Assembly (NCBI RefSeq): GCF_022539665.2
Contig: NC_081331.1
Location: forward strand, 11,532,001-11,596,000
Length of the DNA stretch: 64,000 nt
Direction: 5' to 3'
DNA from: Daphnia carinata
Lineage: Eukaryota
The translations under genes were made by a program, and so were the position numbers. Below are positions 14,432 to 31,175 of this stretch, piece after piece. Within the stretch, counting starts at the first letter, position 1. The number at the start of each line of letters is the position of its first letter. Below the pieces are notes generated by a model. It had not been told where the DNA came from. It worked only from the letters and a program-made list of their open reading frames with translations, and did no database searches.

Positions 14432-17299
14432 ATGAATGAAAAAGAAAGTGAGAAAAATGGAAGGGCCCAGGAAGTTCAACAGGTATAGCAAAGAATGAAA
14501 TATTCTGTTGCCATAAGATATGTCATTACGGTGGGAAAATTGTGATTCATTTATTTTTTGAATATAGACTTTATTCCAGAGTGCCATGAAAGTCACCAAA
14601 TATTCTAATGAATTACCCGGTAGTGGATCAGACTGGGATTATTACCAAAGTTATCCTGCATATGCCAGTGCCATGAAAGAATTTGGTGGACGAATAACAA
14701 ATTTGTAAGACAACAATACCAATATCTAAGAAATTCTATAAGTACATTTCATTTTCCAAGGATGACAAAAATTTATGGACACTATGGACTGACAGGCAAA
14801 GTGGGAAAATTGGACTTGGAAGAACAAATGGAACTTGTGTCGGATAGCAATGATGTCCTGATGGAGAGAATAGTATGGAATCAAATCAAACTTAACTGTC
14901 ACATCGTTGTTATATTTCATTTTTCTTATTATAGAACCTTTCTCTGGATGAAGCTGCTGGACTAAAAAAACAAGCAGAGACTGTTGTTGTTGAAATGATG
15001 GCAAAAACTTCAAACATTAATGGTAGTTGGAATCGGCACTCAGTGGTAATGAATGTAGCAATGTTTCTGTAGACCAAACCATTTTATTTTTAAATCATTA
15101 TGGAAACATTTTTTTGAGAATAAAAAATTTTAATGTGGTTTCAGAGCTCAACGACAACATACAAACTTCTTTCAGCCAAAAATATACTGAGACCTCAGTT
15201 AAAATTCAAAGAGAAAATCCGAAACTCTCCTGGGCCATTTGTCCCAAAAATCAAAGAGAAACCTCATTCATTGAAACCTTTAGCGATATTATTGGAACTG
15301 AATGATTTAGGAGACGAGGAGTTTAGTCATCCTTACGAATTTGAACTAGAACGTTTCACACCGCATCCAAAATTCTTGACAGTAGCTGATGAAGTGGCAC
15401 CCTTCTCCAAAGTCAAAGACACTCCCCTTGTAATGGTCGAAACAGAAGAAGCTTTAAAAAGTCTCATAAATGACTTGCTTATGGAATCTGTGATTGCTGT
15501 TGATCTTGAGGTACTCATTTTTTAATTAGCTATAGCCTTGTAATTTCGTCGACCATTTCCTTTTCAGGCACATTCATATAGATCGTTTCAAGGCATAACG
15601 TGCTTAATGCAAATTTCGACAAACAAGTGCGACTACATTGTTGACACTCTAGAACTGTGGGATCATTTACAACCCTTGAACGAAGTATTCTGTAATCCGA
15701 AAATTGTCAAGGTATAATTCAGAGTTTTAAAATCAATATTAAAGAAAATACATTAATCTCTTGTAGATATTCCACGGAGCTGATATGGATATTCAATGGC
15801 TTCAAAGAGATTTCGGCATTTATGTGGTTAATCTTTTCGACACTTATCAAGCCGCAAAACTTCTTGGTTTTGCACAGCTGTCATTGGCTTTCATCCTGCG
15901 TCATTATTGCCAAATCGTTGCCGACAAACAGTATCAGCTGGCTGATTGGCGAATTCGTCCATTGCCCGAGCAGATGGTAAACTACGCTCGAGAAGATACC
16001 CACTACTTGGGATACATCTATGAAAAAATGAAAAAGGATCTAAAGGTGAAGGGGACGGGTGATAATCTCTTAACAGCCGTATGGAATAATAGCCGACTCG
16101 TCTGCCTGAAACGTTACAGGATTCCGCCAATTACTGCGGAAAGTCACATTGAGTTGTACAGACTCAGCAAGAAAATTTTCAACGAACGACAGTTGTACGC
16201 TCTTAAGGAGATATTCGCCTGGAGAGATCGAGTGGCTCGCGAAGAGGATGAAAGCATTGGCTTTGTTTTGCCCAAGCACATGATGTTGCAAATTGCCGAC
16301 GTCCTTCCTCGAGAGATGCAGGGCATTCTTGCCTGCTGCTCTCCCATTCCGCCGCTCGTCCGCCAGCATTTACTACATCTTCACGAGATCATCTTGAAAG
16401 CTAGAGAAATGCCACTCGCTACATTACAGCGTCATGGGCAGCCATTAGCGATGCCGAAATTGATGCCGACACCATTGGAACAGGACACTGAAGATCCTTT
16501 ACACTGTATGCACGACTTGACACACTCTCAGGACATTAGAGACGATCTGCCAACTCTGTTGAATACGGATGTTATTGAGACATTGACGTCAAAATCAGTA
16601 CACGAATGTAATGGAGTCCGAGTTACAGTGAAAGACATGCCACAAGCTCGATTATTCACTGAAACAGCCGAATCAAGCATCTCGCGAAAATTCACTGCCA
16701 GTTTCGTCTCCCCGTACACAAGATACATGCGTGTGAAGGTAGCACAGGAAATTACAGAAGCGAACCGAGTCGAAAGGTTAGGCCAACAATCCACAGAAGA
16801 TGTACAACAGACTGAACCCGAGGCAAAGCGTGACTTAGAAGCAACGAAAGAAGAAGCAGAAGCTGTTCCCCGTAAGAAAAAGAAATTACCATTGAAAGCG
16901 CAAGGACTTCACAAGAAGAAGAAATTGGGGGATAAACGTAGTGTCAAGCGACAGGCGGCTGCCAAGGCTTCGGCAACTGCCAATGCATCAAACGGAGAGC
17001 CTGATGTTGCAGGAGAGCCATCGACTTCCAAGAAATCAAGTCCGGAAGTGAAGAAAAAGGCGAAGAAAAACCTGAAGCGCAATCAAGCAGAGAATGCACA
17101 AGCAGCCATTTTCGAACCTTTCGATTATTCCCAGGTTGATTACCACGCTTTCAAAAGGAGCGCCCTTCGTGAAGACGCCGAAGGACGTGGTCGTGGTAGA
17201 GGAAGAGGTCGTGGTGGCCGTGGAGGTGGACGCGGACATAGCAATAAGAGAATTCACAGAAAGAGTGGGCAAAAGAGTCTTACATATTCATCTAAATAA
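14432..17299 (+). CDS. EXOSC10: Exosome component 10 / RRP6 3'-5' exoribonuclease
   Basis: PMC2NT-like N-terminus ([23 protein letters not shown]). DEDD exonuclease motifs [39 protein letters not shown] and [13 protein letters not shown] domain ([26 protein letters not shown]). Basic C-terminal tail. Multiple short introns. Confidence 0.95.
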
Positions 17300-18118
17300 C
17301 CATGCACGACTTTTCGAAATTAATGATTACTTGTTGTGGATGATCATTTGACCCTGTTTCTCCCTTATCGTCAAATTTTCAATCATTTTGAAGTAAACAA
17401 GACACCTTTCAAAGAAACCTAGTTGCTTGTGCTAGTTAAAACAACCATCAGCTGGTAATGAGAATCAAATTAGCAAGGAAGTCTCAAAGGAGAATTTTGG
17501 TCAAAACAAACAGAAAAAAGACTTCGTACCATGACACGGTTTGCTACTTGACCTTAAAATGAGTGGAATTCGCTTCCCCGTTAATTGGGAGACTTCTCGC
17601 TGATGTCATGGAACCGGATTTCTCGGGGCGACACACCAACCGCTTTTAAGGGAACTTCCAGTTTGATGATTCATTGCACTTTAGGGTTTCGTTCTTGTTT
17701 GGTTTTTTTCTCTCGTTGCAAATTTTTTTTTCTCGCTGGTTGCAAATATAAGCGAATCCCCCTCCTTCCAAATGTGGAATCCCTTCGTCGAATTGGGTGC
17801 TGTGAACGAGAACGGTTTCGTTCGGGGTTTCCCTCACGACTTTTAAATAATTTGCCATTTAGCGAACAGTACAGAAAATTTAAAGTAAAGTTAATAATTC
17901 TCGAATGTATACGATTAGGCAATCTCGAATCTCTAGTGCAATAGTCCGCCAATTGTAGGGCATGAAACTTACACCTCCATCTCGACTACAACCGACTTTT
18001 CTTGTGATGGTGCGAAAAAAGAAGCTCATTGAACCTTCAGTCGGTCTTCACCAACCGAGTCGGAAACACCGACACGGAAACCATCTCCAACCGAGTTAAG
18101 GCTTGTTATGTACTTGTT

Positions 18119-21267
<3,149 letters not shown>

Positions 21268-22512
21268 TAGCACAAAATAATGATAAGATTTTTGTAACTA
21301 GTTTCACCTATAAAAATACGGGATCAGGAGTGCTCTATAATTAGTAGAAGAAATTTTTAAGAGCTCTGAAGTGCCATTCCATACACCCACAAGTCTATTT
21401 CCAAACTTTGCCTCCCCTAAAAACAATCTTTCCCTACGACTTTCCCTCCTCCCATTTCTTGTTCTTCGTGTCTTCAAACATTGCCACTTACCAGCACAAT
21501 AAAAGAAGGACGAATACTTAAACAAAAGAACCATGTCGTGGGGTCCTTGCCAAAAAAAAAAACGGCAGGGAAAAGTTAAAAGACTGTGAAGACAAAACAT
21601 CAAAGGGGACTGATATGAAAAGAGCCTGTTATGCTGAAAGATGGATGTCCGTCTTGTCCTCATCATCCCGCGCTTTTTTTTTGTTCTTTATTTCTTACTT
21701 TTTTTTTCTCACATTGCACCGATTTGGCACCACAGCCAGAACTGACGGAGCTTATTTTTTTTCTCATTTCCCCCCAAAAAGATGTAGCCATAAGTCACCC
21801 TTGTGTGCGTGTGTGCATCTCTTTCACGTGGTTCTGTCCAAAAAGGCAGACTTTCAGACCGGAAGAATAAAAAGTTGTGTGTATTCTAATGGATCACGAA
21901 ACCACGAGGTTCAAGCAATGTGACCTGACACTAAACCTTTTCTCCAAGTTTAAATATCCACGTTGAAGATCCAATAACTTTCGAGCCTATGTTTCATTCA
22001 GAGAATGGTAATCTATTTACAATTGCCGAGCTATTGTTCAACTGAATTCGGGGAAACGAACGTATGACTCATCCTAGTAATAAGTAAACGAGTTGCTAGT
22101 TCGTACGTGCGTCCCATCGGCGAGGAAGCAACCGGGAGTTGTGTGACGAATCAGCGCCGCGCGCTTCCAAGTGTCTGGTAACGCTGGATGATGAAAACGA
22201 TCAATACAGTTGGGTGTGTGTCTCTGTGACGAGAGAAAAAGAGAAAAAAAAAAAAGAAAAGGAATATTGGATAGTGAGTAGAAACGCCGGCGGAGTTGGG
22301 AAGACTCTCCCCCCTTCCTAGCTCCACAACGTGAGACGAGAACACTCGAACGGATCGCTGGAAAAAAAAAACCGCTTTAAATTGGGCTTGACTTTTGGTG
22401 GAACCAAAGGCCAGTGCTGGCACTTAGCAAGAGCGTCTTACTCGCACACCAGTGTATACTTTCCGACAAGCCTACTGTCGCCAGTGGGAACCTAAACTGA
22501 ACGTGAGATACT

Positions 22513-25500
22513 ATGGGCCAACCCTCTGGATGGAGTAAACCAGTAGACGATAGAAGTCGGTAGGACTCGGTGCCGGTTTGTTTTTGGCTCTTGGTGTGTC
22601 TCCACCGTGTGCACCTTCATTATTTTCGGCCCTTTTTTTTATCTGTAATATTTGTTACGTTTTTTTTACATTGTATGGGTGAAAAGTTCTTTCCGTTGCG
22701 GTTTTTTAATATTTTTTCCGTGTGAAGAAAAAAAGTTTTTTTCCGCTCGAGTTCGCATTATGTCACGTGAATAATCATTTGGTTTTGTGGTGAGATCCGC
22801 TTCAATGCAGTCATTCAATTGAAGAGAAGAAAAAGTGTGTGTGTTAAAGAAAAAAAAAAGAAATAATCAGTTGAAGGGGGGGAGCCTTCGGCGGTTGATT
22901 CTTCTCGGCCCTACAGATCTACAGGTAAGCTATCAACGTCTTTGGAATGCTTCAACATCTCTCTGTCTTTCACTGTCGACCGATAAAGTACAAAACCCAA
23001 CCGCTAATATGTTTTAGAAGAACCTTTTGTTTTTTCTTTGTTTTGAGTCCAAAAGATTGCTCTCCCTCTCTTAAAGGTGTCTCTACCTATCTTTAACCGA
23101 ACGAAAGGTGCGTTATCTAGACAACCTTCGCTTTTTTTTTTCTCCCCCATTCCACCCCAAGGAAATGCCCTCCATTTCCCCCCCCCCTTCCTTTTTGATT
23201 AGCCGTGGGCCATCGTTCGAAAATGGCTGATGTGGTCTATTCTTACGCGGCTGGCACCTTTTGTATGTACTAAAGAGCTCTCAGGTGATGGGCCAGGAAT
23301 ATCACGGTGTGCTTTTTCTGGTATTGATCTAAAGATTTTCCCGCGACCAAAAGTTGTGCCTCCCACCACCCTCCCTAATCTCGAGTTTCGGTCAGCAATC
23401 CGGACTTTTGGTGAATACACACACATGTCCAACCTATTGTAAGACGACCCATAAAAAGAGGCAACCCTCTTTAAATAACACACCGGAAAAATACTATCCA
23501 CCTTAAGAAGTCGAATGCTATGGTAGTAAGTTGATCAGTAAGCTTTTCTCAGCCGCATTTTTGCCCCCCTTATGGAATATAAGTGACTAACAGATGTCGT
23601 AATTTGAGATTGTGTCAATCATGTGGCCAGAGAAATTCGATCAAGTATGAAACTCTTCCTTTAGAATTTAGTTTTCTTTTAATGTTTGCTTATTTGTGGG
23701 GTCTCTTTTGTTTCAGGTTTGACGACATGTCGACCATCAATGGAGATGGTGGACGAACGACTTCGTTGCCAAAAACGAATGGGGAAAAGTTCAATGGGAC
23801 GTCAGGTGAAGCGACGGACGACGTTAAAGCGACACAACAGCATATCAAGAATCTGGAAACGGAATTGAAACATGCACGCGAAGCTCTCTCAGGTTGGTGT
23901 ATAATGCACTTTTTTTTGGAGGGGAAGAAATTTAAACTCAATGTTTTCCAACTCGATAAATCACATGAGCGACTCCATTGAACGTGACTCGTTTGATGAT
24001 TTGAAAAGCGGCCGATTTTTCTCCGTGCCCGCGTGCTCTGTGAATGTCGTGAATTTGTAAAAATCTCCATTGCCCAAATTTACTCGTCATCGGAAATCTA
24101 TTCAAGAGTCTTTTTTTTTTCTTTTTCTCGACGAGTTCCAACGTTAAAAAGAAAAAAAAGGAAAAAATCCTTTTGACAAAAGATTTCGGCCGCCAACGAA
24201 TTCCTCTTTGGAGGAGCTCTTTCGTCTCGATGCTATCTAAATAAAGTGCGTTCAGACAAATATAACAGGGCACATAATTCTGGCTACACGTACACATGCC
24301 AGATGCAAACAATCAGCCACGTGACAAAGTTCTAATGTTGTTCCACCGCCCGTTTTGTTTGCTCAAGCTCGAAACGCGCTGCGCAAACTCTTGTGGATCG
24401 ATAAAGACTGTTGGAATCCTTCTTTGCTTCCACTGGGATAGACATGTTTTTGTTTCCTTTTTGTGTTTTTAATAGATTTTGTAGATATTGTTTTTCTCCC
24501 ATTTTCTTTTTCAATTTGTTTTGTTTTGCCCTTTTCAGCTCTGAAAGCGGACAGGAAACGATTGAAAGCAGAAAAATTTGACGTGCTGAATCAAATGAAA
24601 CAACTCTATGCTACGCTAGAAGATAAAGAGAAAGAGTTGAGAGAGTTCATCCGCGCCTACGAAAAGGTGAGTTGACGTTTTATATCGAAAACTATAATAT
24701 TAACTTAGTAAGTATAGAGGGAACGTATTGCAGGTCAAAAAGTCAGTCTTTCTTCAAGAACGTTTTTTTTTGTTTTTTTTTTCTATCTCTCGCCATTAAA
24801 TTGTCGGTATTTCCCGGAAGGAGAGTTACATGATTGTAACCCTCTTTCGTCGACTGCTACACCGCATATCCCTACTCTCTCATTTTCCGGAGGGAAATGC
24901 GGTCGGGAGGTCTGTCTACCTTTCAACTCACGTACCGCATATACCCTCAGAAGCCCTATTAATGAAGCTTGTAACACGTTCTTGCGTACCTGTAGACAAC
25001 TGTGAGCACGATCCCCAACCTTGTTATTATCTCTTGTTTCTCTTTAAAGTTAATTTTATCATCCAAGTCGTTTGCTGAAGCTCTAGAAAGAAAAAAAAAA
25101 AGACCTTGTAAGAGTTGGTGCTAACGAGATAGATAAATGCAAATTTTGTTTCCCATTTTCGAATACGTAAGCGACTGTATCAGTCACCAGTTGTGCAATG
25201 AATTGAACTGTGCATAATGAAAGGAGATGTTGAAGGATCGAACACAACCAACAAATAGATTTCCAAAGCCCATTCTTGCGGAAAGCTTCCTATAAAAGGA
25301 AGAATTCCATTTAGGGGATTGTGAAACAAAACAGAACAAATAAGAAATATCGTTCAGTTTGTGTGTATTCTATTTTATTTATTTTCTACGAATTCGTTCT
25401 TCTTGCGTGTGTGAAGTGAACGAGGCTCTATATTGGTGAGACAGATGTGTATAAGAACAAGCTCTCTCAAATCCAATAGTTCGACCCGAGAAAAGACGAA

Positions 25501-28500
25501 AGAAAGCTCTTGACATTTGAAGAGCGACAGAAAGGATGCAACTCGTCAACAACGGCGAAAAAAAGAAGGGATCGTAAAAGACGTGAAAATAGTGCTGAGC
25601 CCCTCCGTCTTCAATCATTTCGTAAAAAATGGGAGAGAGAAGATAAGACAAAGACTTTCTTGATTACCACCCGGATAATAATCTGCCATTGAATTTGGAT
25701 TTGGTTTCGCCATCTAAACCCAGCAAACAGATCAATACTTTTGAAAGAGAGGCTGCAAAATTGAGAGGCCCCACAGCAGCAGGTCCTGTGCTTGTTCGCA
25801 TAAAATATGCATAATTGGCTACAACCGCCTTTTCTATTCTGTGTAGACTCGTTATCTTTTCACCAAACGTGTTTTTTTTTGTGTGTGTATCCTAGACTTA
25901 TTGCTTTTCGTTAACCTTGAAAGGGTTGATTCAATTAAAGCCTTGTCGCGTTATTCTTTCATTCGCAACATGATGAAATCTTCCTGTGATTTACAATTCC
26001 TTTTCAAGAGGTCGGAGAAAAGAGTAATAAAACGATGATGTGTTTTTCAGCGGATGCGGGAAAGTGAAGCTGCGCTGCGTCAATTAATACAAGAACGTAA
26101 CGAAGCAGAACGTGAAAAATGGACGATACTGCGGCACGCACGAGACGAAGCCGAACGTTGTCTCACCGTGACAACTCAATTGACGGCCCGCGACGCCAAA
26201 ATCGAACAACTTCAAGAAGAACTTGCTCAGGTAAAAAAAAAAAAAAAACATAAAGAAAAGCATACAATTTTAAAGCCAAATCAATGACGCGTCGAGACGT
26301 TAATAGAAATCCGAAATTTATCGTTGGAAATAATTGCCAGGTCCGCATGCAGCTGAGCCGTCAGCAACAGCAGATGGCCAACCAGCGGATTTCACCAACG
26401 ATAGCAATCACGGCACCCAGCAGCAACCAGCAACAACAACGCCAACCCGCAGCCATTACGGCGAAACAAAAGAGGTCCAGCATCAGTTCCATGGACAGCG
26501 CTGCCGTCGTTTCGGACGCTTGCGACGAGCCTCTTTATTCGCGGATCGATCACAGTAGCAGCAACGAGAGTCAGCAGGCAACAACTGCGGCCATGTCCTC
26601 GATAACCGCACCCAATAATCATGACGGTATGGTTTGTCCTTTAAAAGCGATTCAGAGATCGAGGCCATCGACAATATTTTGTCCCACTTTTTATGGTAGT
26701 GCCATTCAAAATGTAATTTTAGTGACACTTCACACCACTCTCCCCTTTTTTTAAAGTGTCTAATCATGGCGATCCATGATTGGGCAAGTTCCACTGTCTG
26801 GAATTGCTTTTGAACGTGACGTCGGGTATATTGGCCAATGAAGAATAATTGCCGAGTAACGTCAAGATTGGCGTTTGATCAAAGTTTTTGCTTGCATTGG
26901 AAGAGAGAACAGTACGAAATCTAATAATGAAGGCGACTGCTGACGAGGACTCAATGACATTTACGCATATAGGCTAATGCATGTTAGGAGCTAAATATAG
27001 CTTTTAATAGGAACTACGTTCCGAATTTAAACAGAGTAGAGTAGAATGAGCAATTTGCTAGCCCTCCCCATTTTGATGGTTATTTTGTTATTGTGCAAAG
27101 GCGCAGCTTTAGCAGCAGCTTTAGTCGATCAACTGATGGCTGACGTTGATTCTCTTTCTATGAGTTCAATCGTGCCCGGTAGTTTGCGTAAGTTTCAATT
27201 TTTCTCCAATTACTTTTGAATGGCCCAAGAGTATTCTCCTATTTTTTTTTAATTATATATATATTTTTTTTTTTTGTTTACTCTTTTTTTTAACTCGTTC
27301 TTTTATGTAAATTGTCACAGTGTCGGCAACCACGACGGGTTCCGGTGACGTCAGGAAACCTGATGAGATGACGGGCCAGTCCTTGGCATCCGACTCGGGT
27401 TGGAAGTATGTGAGATCCTGTTTAGTTATGCTGACAAAGCTTGTCTTTTTAAAGTGCTCTTTTATTCGATCAATTTCATAACGAAAACTAAGGTCGACCG
27501 ACCAGCTGAGTTTGGCCAGTTTTGGAAGTAAAACGACAAACAAACTCATTTTGAACAAATCGATGTCGCGCAACAGTGGAACGTGGGGCAGCATTTCTCG
27601 AGTATTTTCTCGTGCCAGCAAGCAACGCAAAACGCTCGATCTCTCCATCTATGAAGGTAACGTGGTACACTTTTCGGTTATCATTACTTCTAAGAAAATC
27701 AATTACCTAAAAGGTCTTCGTTATTAAATTCGGTGTTCAACCCAACATTTTTTTTTTTGTGCATACGTAGCGTGACTATGAACGTGCATGTCCAAGTGTC
27801 AAAATCACCGGCGCTTTCTCGCTTGGTAGATGTTGCGTGATCTGCTCACTAACCGCTACCGCCCAATTGTAGCACTGGCTGCGAGTGTGGTCTCGACACA
27901 CGCGCAGACAATAGTTATGACAAAACCCTCCCTTTTTTAAGGAACATTTGACATTTGAATTACACATTCTCGCCTTTCAAAAAGAGATAGCCGTGCTCAA
28001 GTGTCCGAATTCGTGTTGCTGGGAAGTTCATTTAGGTCGAGTAGCTTTTTATAATGTCATAAAGTATTGGTCTGTAACCGTCGTGGTATAATTTTTCTTC
28101 ATAGATTTAATTACGCTCATTAAAAGAAAAGAAAACAAAATGATAGTTATTTTTAAACGTACAGTGATTGTCTGCGTCGACCCTTGAACTGTCGCAACGC
28201 CCTACTTAGACACCGAATTCTTTAGATATTTAGGACAACTGGATCACGCGATTGTTTCATTTTATCCAACAAACTTTGACTGACATTGTGGTTGATTTTG
28301 AAAATAAGGTCCTCCTCAACGGGATTCAAGGCGAAGTTGGTCGCCGAGGAGTTCATTATGCACAACGCCGCTGACGGAAGAAACGGTAGCCGACCGGTTC
28401 CGATTCTGGGACGAAGCTCAGAGTTGGGCTGTAGAACGTTGGAAAGCTGGGCATGTCCTGGCCTGGTTAGAATTCGGAATGGGCATGGGCCGTTATCTAT

Positions 28501-29926
28501 CCGCTTGTGCTGAAAACATCAAAAGTGGCAGGGTTTTACTTGAGCTGTCAGACGCAGAAATCGAAGCCGGTCTGGGACTCAATCACGCCATGCATCGGAA
28601 AAAAGTTCGACTTGCGATCGAAGAACGAAGGCCTGGACAACCGGTCCGTTATCCGCTGTTGTCAACACTGGGAAATTCGTGGGTAGCCAACGAGTGGCTA
28701 TCCGACATTGGGCTGACCCAGGTAACGTGTGAAATGATCAAAATTTAATGATAGGTCATTAAAATAGATATTTATTTCGATCTGAAACACACAGTACGCT
28801 GATGCGTTTCGTACCTGCCTGATGGACGCTCGATTACTGGATAATTTGACCAAACGTGAATTGGAGAAACACTTGGGTGTGACTCGAAAAGCTCATCAAA
28901 CTTCAATCGTGCACGGCATCACCTTCCTCCGTATGATCAAATACGACCGTCAAGCGATCAACGAAAGACGTAGGCAATGTGAGGAGATCGACTGTGATCC
29001 GCTGGTGTGGACCAACCAGCGCTTTATCACCTGGGCGCGGGGCATCGACCTGGCCGAATACGCCGACAATCTCAGAGGTAATTTGTATCCATTTTTTCGT
29101 TCAGCTTCATGCTACGTCTTTCCTTAAGTTTTGTCGTTTGTCTTATAACAGAAAGTGGCATTCACGGCGCTTTGGTCGTTCTGGATCCTACTTTCAATGC
29201 TGACGTCATGGCAACAGCCATGGGTATTCCCACGTCAAAGAATATAATACGTCGCCATTTAGCTACTGAGTTGGAATCACTCGTCCAAATAACCCGGTAA
29301 ATAGTGGGAAACTTTAATCATTATTTTCCCTTATTTGATTCGGGGTGATAAAATTTTATGATTTATGGCCCAACAGAGCAAGATACGAACAACGTAGTCG
29401 ACAAGCGCGAAGTGAGCGCAAACGGGTGGAAAAAATGGACGGCAATGCTAGTTTAGGTCGAAATTTGTCACGTTCTTTCACCACCGGATTGGTGTCAAGT
29501 GACCCTAATCAAGATGAAGTTTATGGCCGTTCGGCGGAAAATAACGGCATGTTTGGCATCAAATCAAATGTTAAAGCGAGCTTTCACGTGAGAGTTTTCT
29601 TTATCTGCCATACATTGGACTTTAGTCAATTTTGTTCCGTTCTGTAGGCATCATTAAGCAGGGCATTCGGTCGAAAGATTAAGCAAGATCGAGCTGTGGC
29701 AGCGGCTGCGGCGACGGCCTCAGCAAATGGGAATATAACAACGGCGGATGATTGTGATGCCTTGATAGCCAATAGTTCAGACACTATAGGAGCTCCTGCG
29801 TCGGCTAGCTCATCTTCAATCTACTCCGACGCCAGAGATTGGACGCTCAAAACTTCGCAAGCGGATAAGCACCGACGCGTCAAGTCTAGCAGTGATATCG
29901 AGAAAATAACGGTGACTAGAGTATAA
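22513..29926 (+). CDS. KAZN: Kazrin-like (liprin family; coiled coil plus three SAM domains)
   Basis: Coiled coil ALKADRKRLKAEKFDVLNQMKQLYATLEDKEKELREFIRAYE and EREKWTILRHARDEAER. SAM repeats WKAGHVLAWLE..MGMGRY..ACAENIKSGRVLLELSD, WVANEWLSDIGLTQY and LVWTNQRFITWARGIDLAEYADNL. C-terminus ITVTRV*. The start is either at 22513 (upstream exon) or at 23727. Confidence 0.88.
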
Positions 29927-30110
29927 ATTATTTCTATTATTCCCTGGCAACATTCAAAGCCGGTTGTTTTCCCACAATTTAGTATTTTTGTTAGCACAGA
30001 ATTTCCTATGGAAGATTTTTTTGTTCATGTTTATAGCTCAGTTGTTAGTGATTTGAAGAATTCTCTTACGATATATCCTGGACATTGGATCGGTGATTGT
30101 TGTGATGATA

Positions 30111-30432
30111 TTTCGTGTACATTATTTGTTCTTTATCGTGGGTGTGAATTTGTGAATAATATGTAGTTATTCGGCGCGTCATTAATTAGTCAGTTCGCGA
30201 CGACTGCCGGTTATATAAATTATATATATGAATAAACGCATTGAATTATTCGACAATATCTGAACTGCCCTTGTGGTTTATTAGAAACCTACGAAAATAT
30301 TCGATTGTGAACAGACTAAAACTAACAACTATGCGAGGTAGTGGGAGTAAATTAATTCTATCAAAAAGGTCCATCGACGAAGGCACTCAATATGTAGAAC
30401 AAGAAACTTGTCAAGTATTAATAATATGTCAT
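30111..30432 (+). repeat. Inverted repeat, left arm (~320 bp); contains the kazrin 3' end and convergent poly(A) signals
   Basis: Reverse complement of 33866-34185 with scattered mismatches and small indels. Example: ggcgcgtcattaattagtcagttcgcgacgactgccggttatataaatta vs taatttatataaccggcaatcgtcgcgaactgactaattaatgacgcgcc. Confidence 0.95.
30231..30282. terminator. Convergent AATAAA poly(A) signals (plus 30231-30236; minus 30277-30282)
   Basis: AATAAA lies ~300 nt after the kazrin stop, and TTTATT follows 40 nt later. The counterpart of the TTTATT is the AATAAA at 34016-34021 behind the zinc-finger gene. Confidence 0.6.
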
Positions 30433-31175
30433 AAACATTATAAAACATTATTTAACCATAACGAAATTTCTTTTTTACTTTTTTAATCATTCGAATAACC
30501 AGACTCAGAGTTTTGAGAAAGACACCCAGATTGAATCTCCATTACATGGGCGAAATGAAGCAGACGAAAATAACCCATTAAAAGCTCCATCACCACAACG
30601 CCATCTATTGGCAAAATATCTTACACCGGTACCAGTCATCTAGAATTCTAGATCTAGATTGAATGGAAAAGCGCACGCAGACTTATGTCTATTGCCAATT
30701 GAACAACAGATTTTGCGGTATTTGTCAAAATATTTAAAAAAATGTGCTTAACTTTTATGAAGACCAGAAGGATAGTTTCATTATGATTTCACAAAACCCT
30801 TCCTATGCCATTATGCCCACGCATTAGACTCTCGTGTTCCACCAATCTCTCCACTAAATAGGTGGTTGGGGCGGGCTTATATTGTTTGGTTGTTAAATGT
30901 TCGGACGTTTCGGACATACAGCCGACATATTACTACTCAACTGTTTTTTAAATAATATCCAGGCGAACTGGAATCTATTTTGTTTGTTTTTGGATCTAGG
31001 CAGAGAAGTTGCTGAAGTAGATGTAGTCTGTTTTTTAAGTTACTTTTTTAGTTTTGTTATTTTTAGTTTTCGTTGTACTTTGTTTGAGTTGCGGATTTAT
31101 CAACAGGTGGGTCCATTCCCGTCACTAATGTATTGTTCATCCTTGTTAAATTTTTTTGTGTTGTATAGTTTAGAA

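Noticed and set aside
30897..31175. Hydrophobic N-terminal extension of the 440-aa ZNF ORF
   Set aside because: T-rich intron-like sequence ending in an acceptor at 31168. The hydrophobicity is a compositional artefact.
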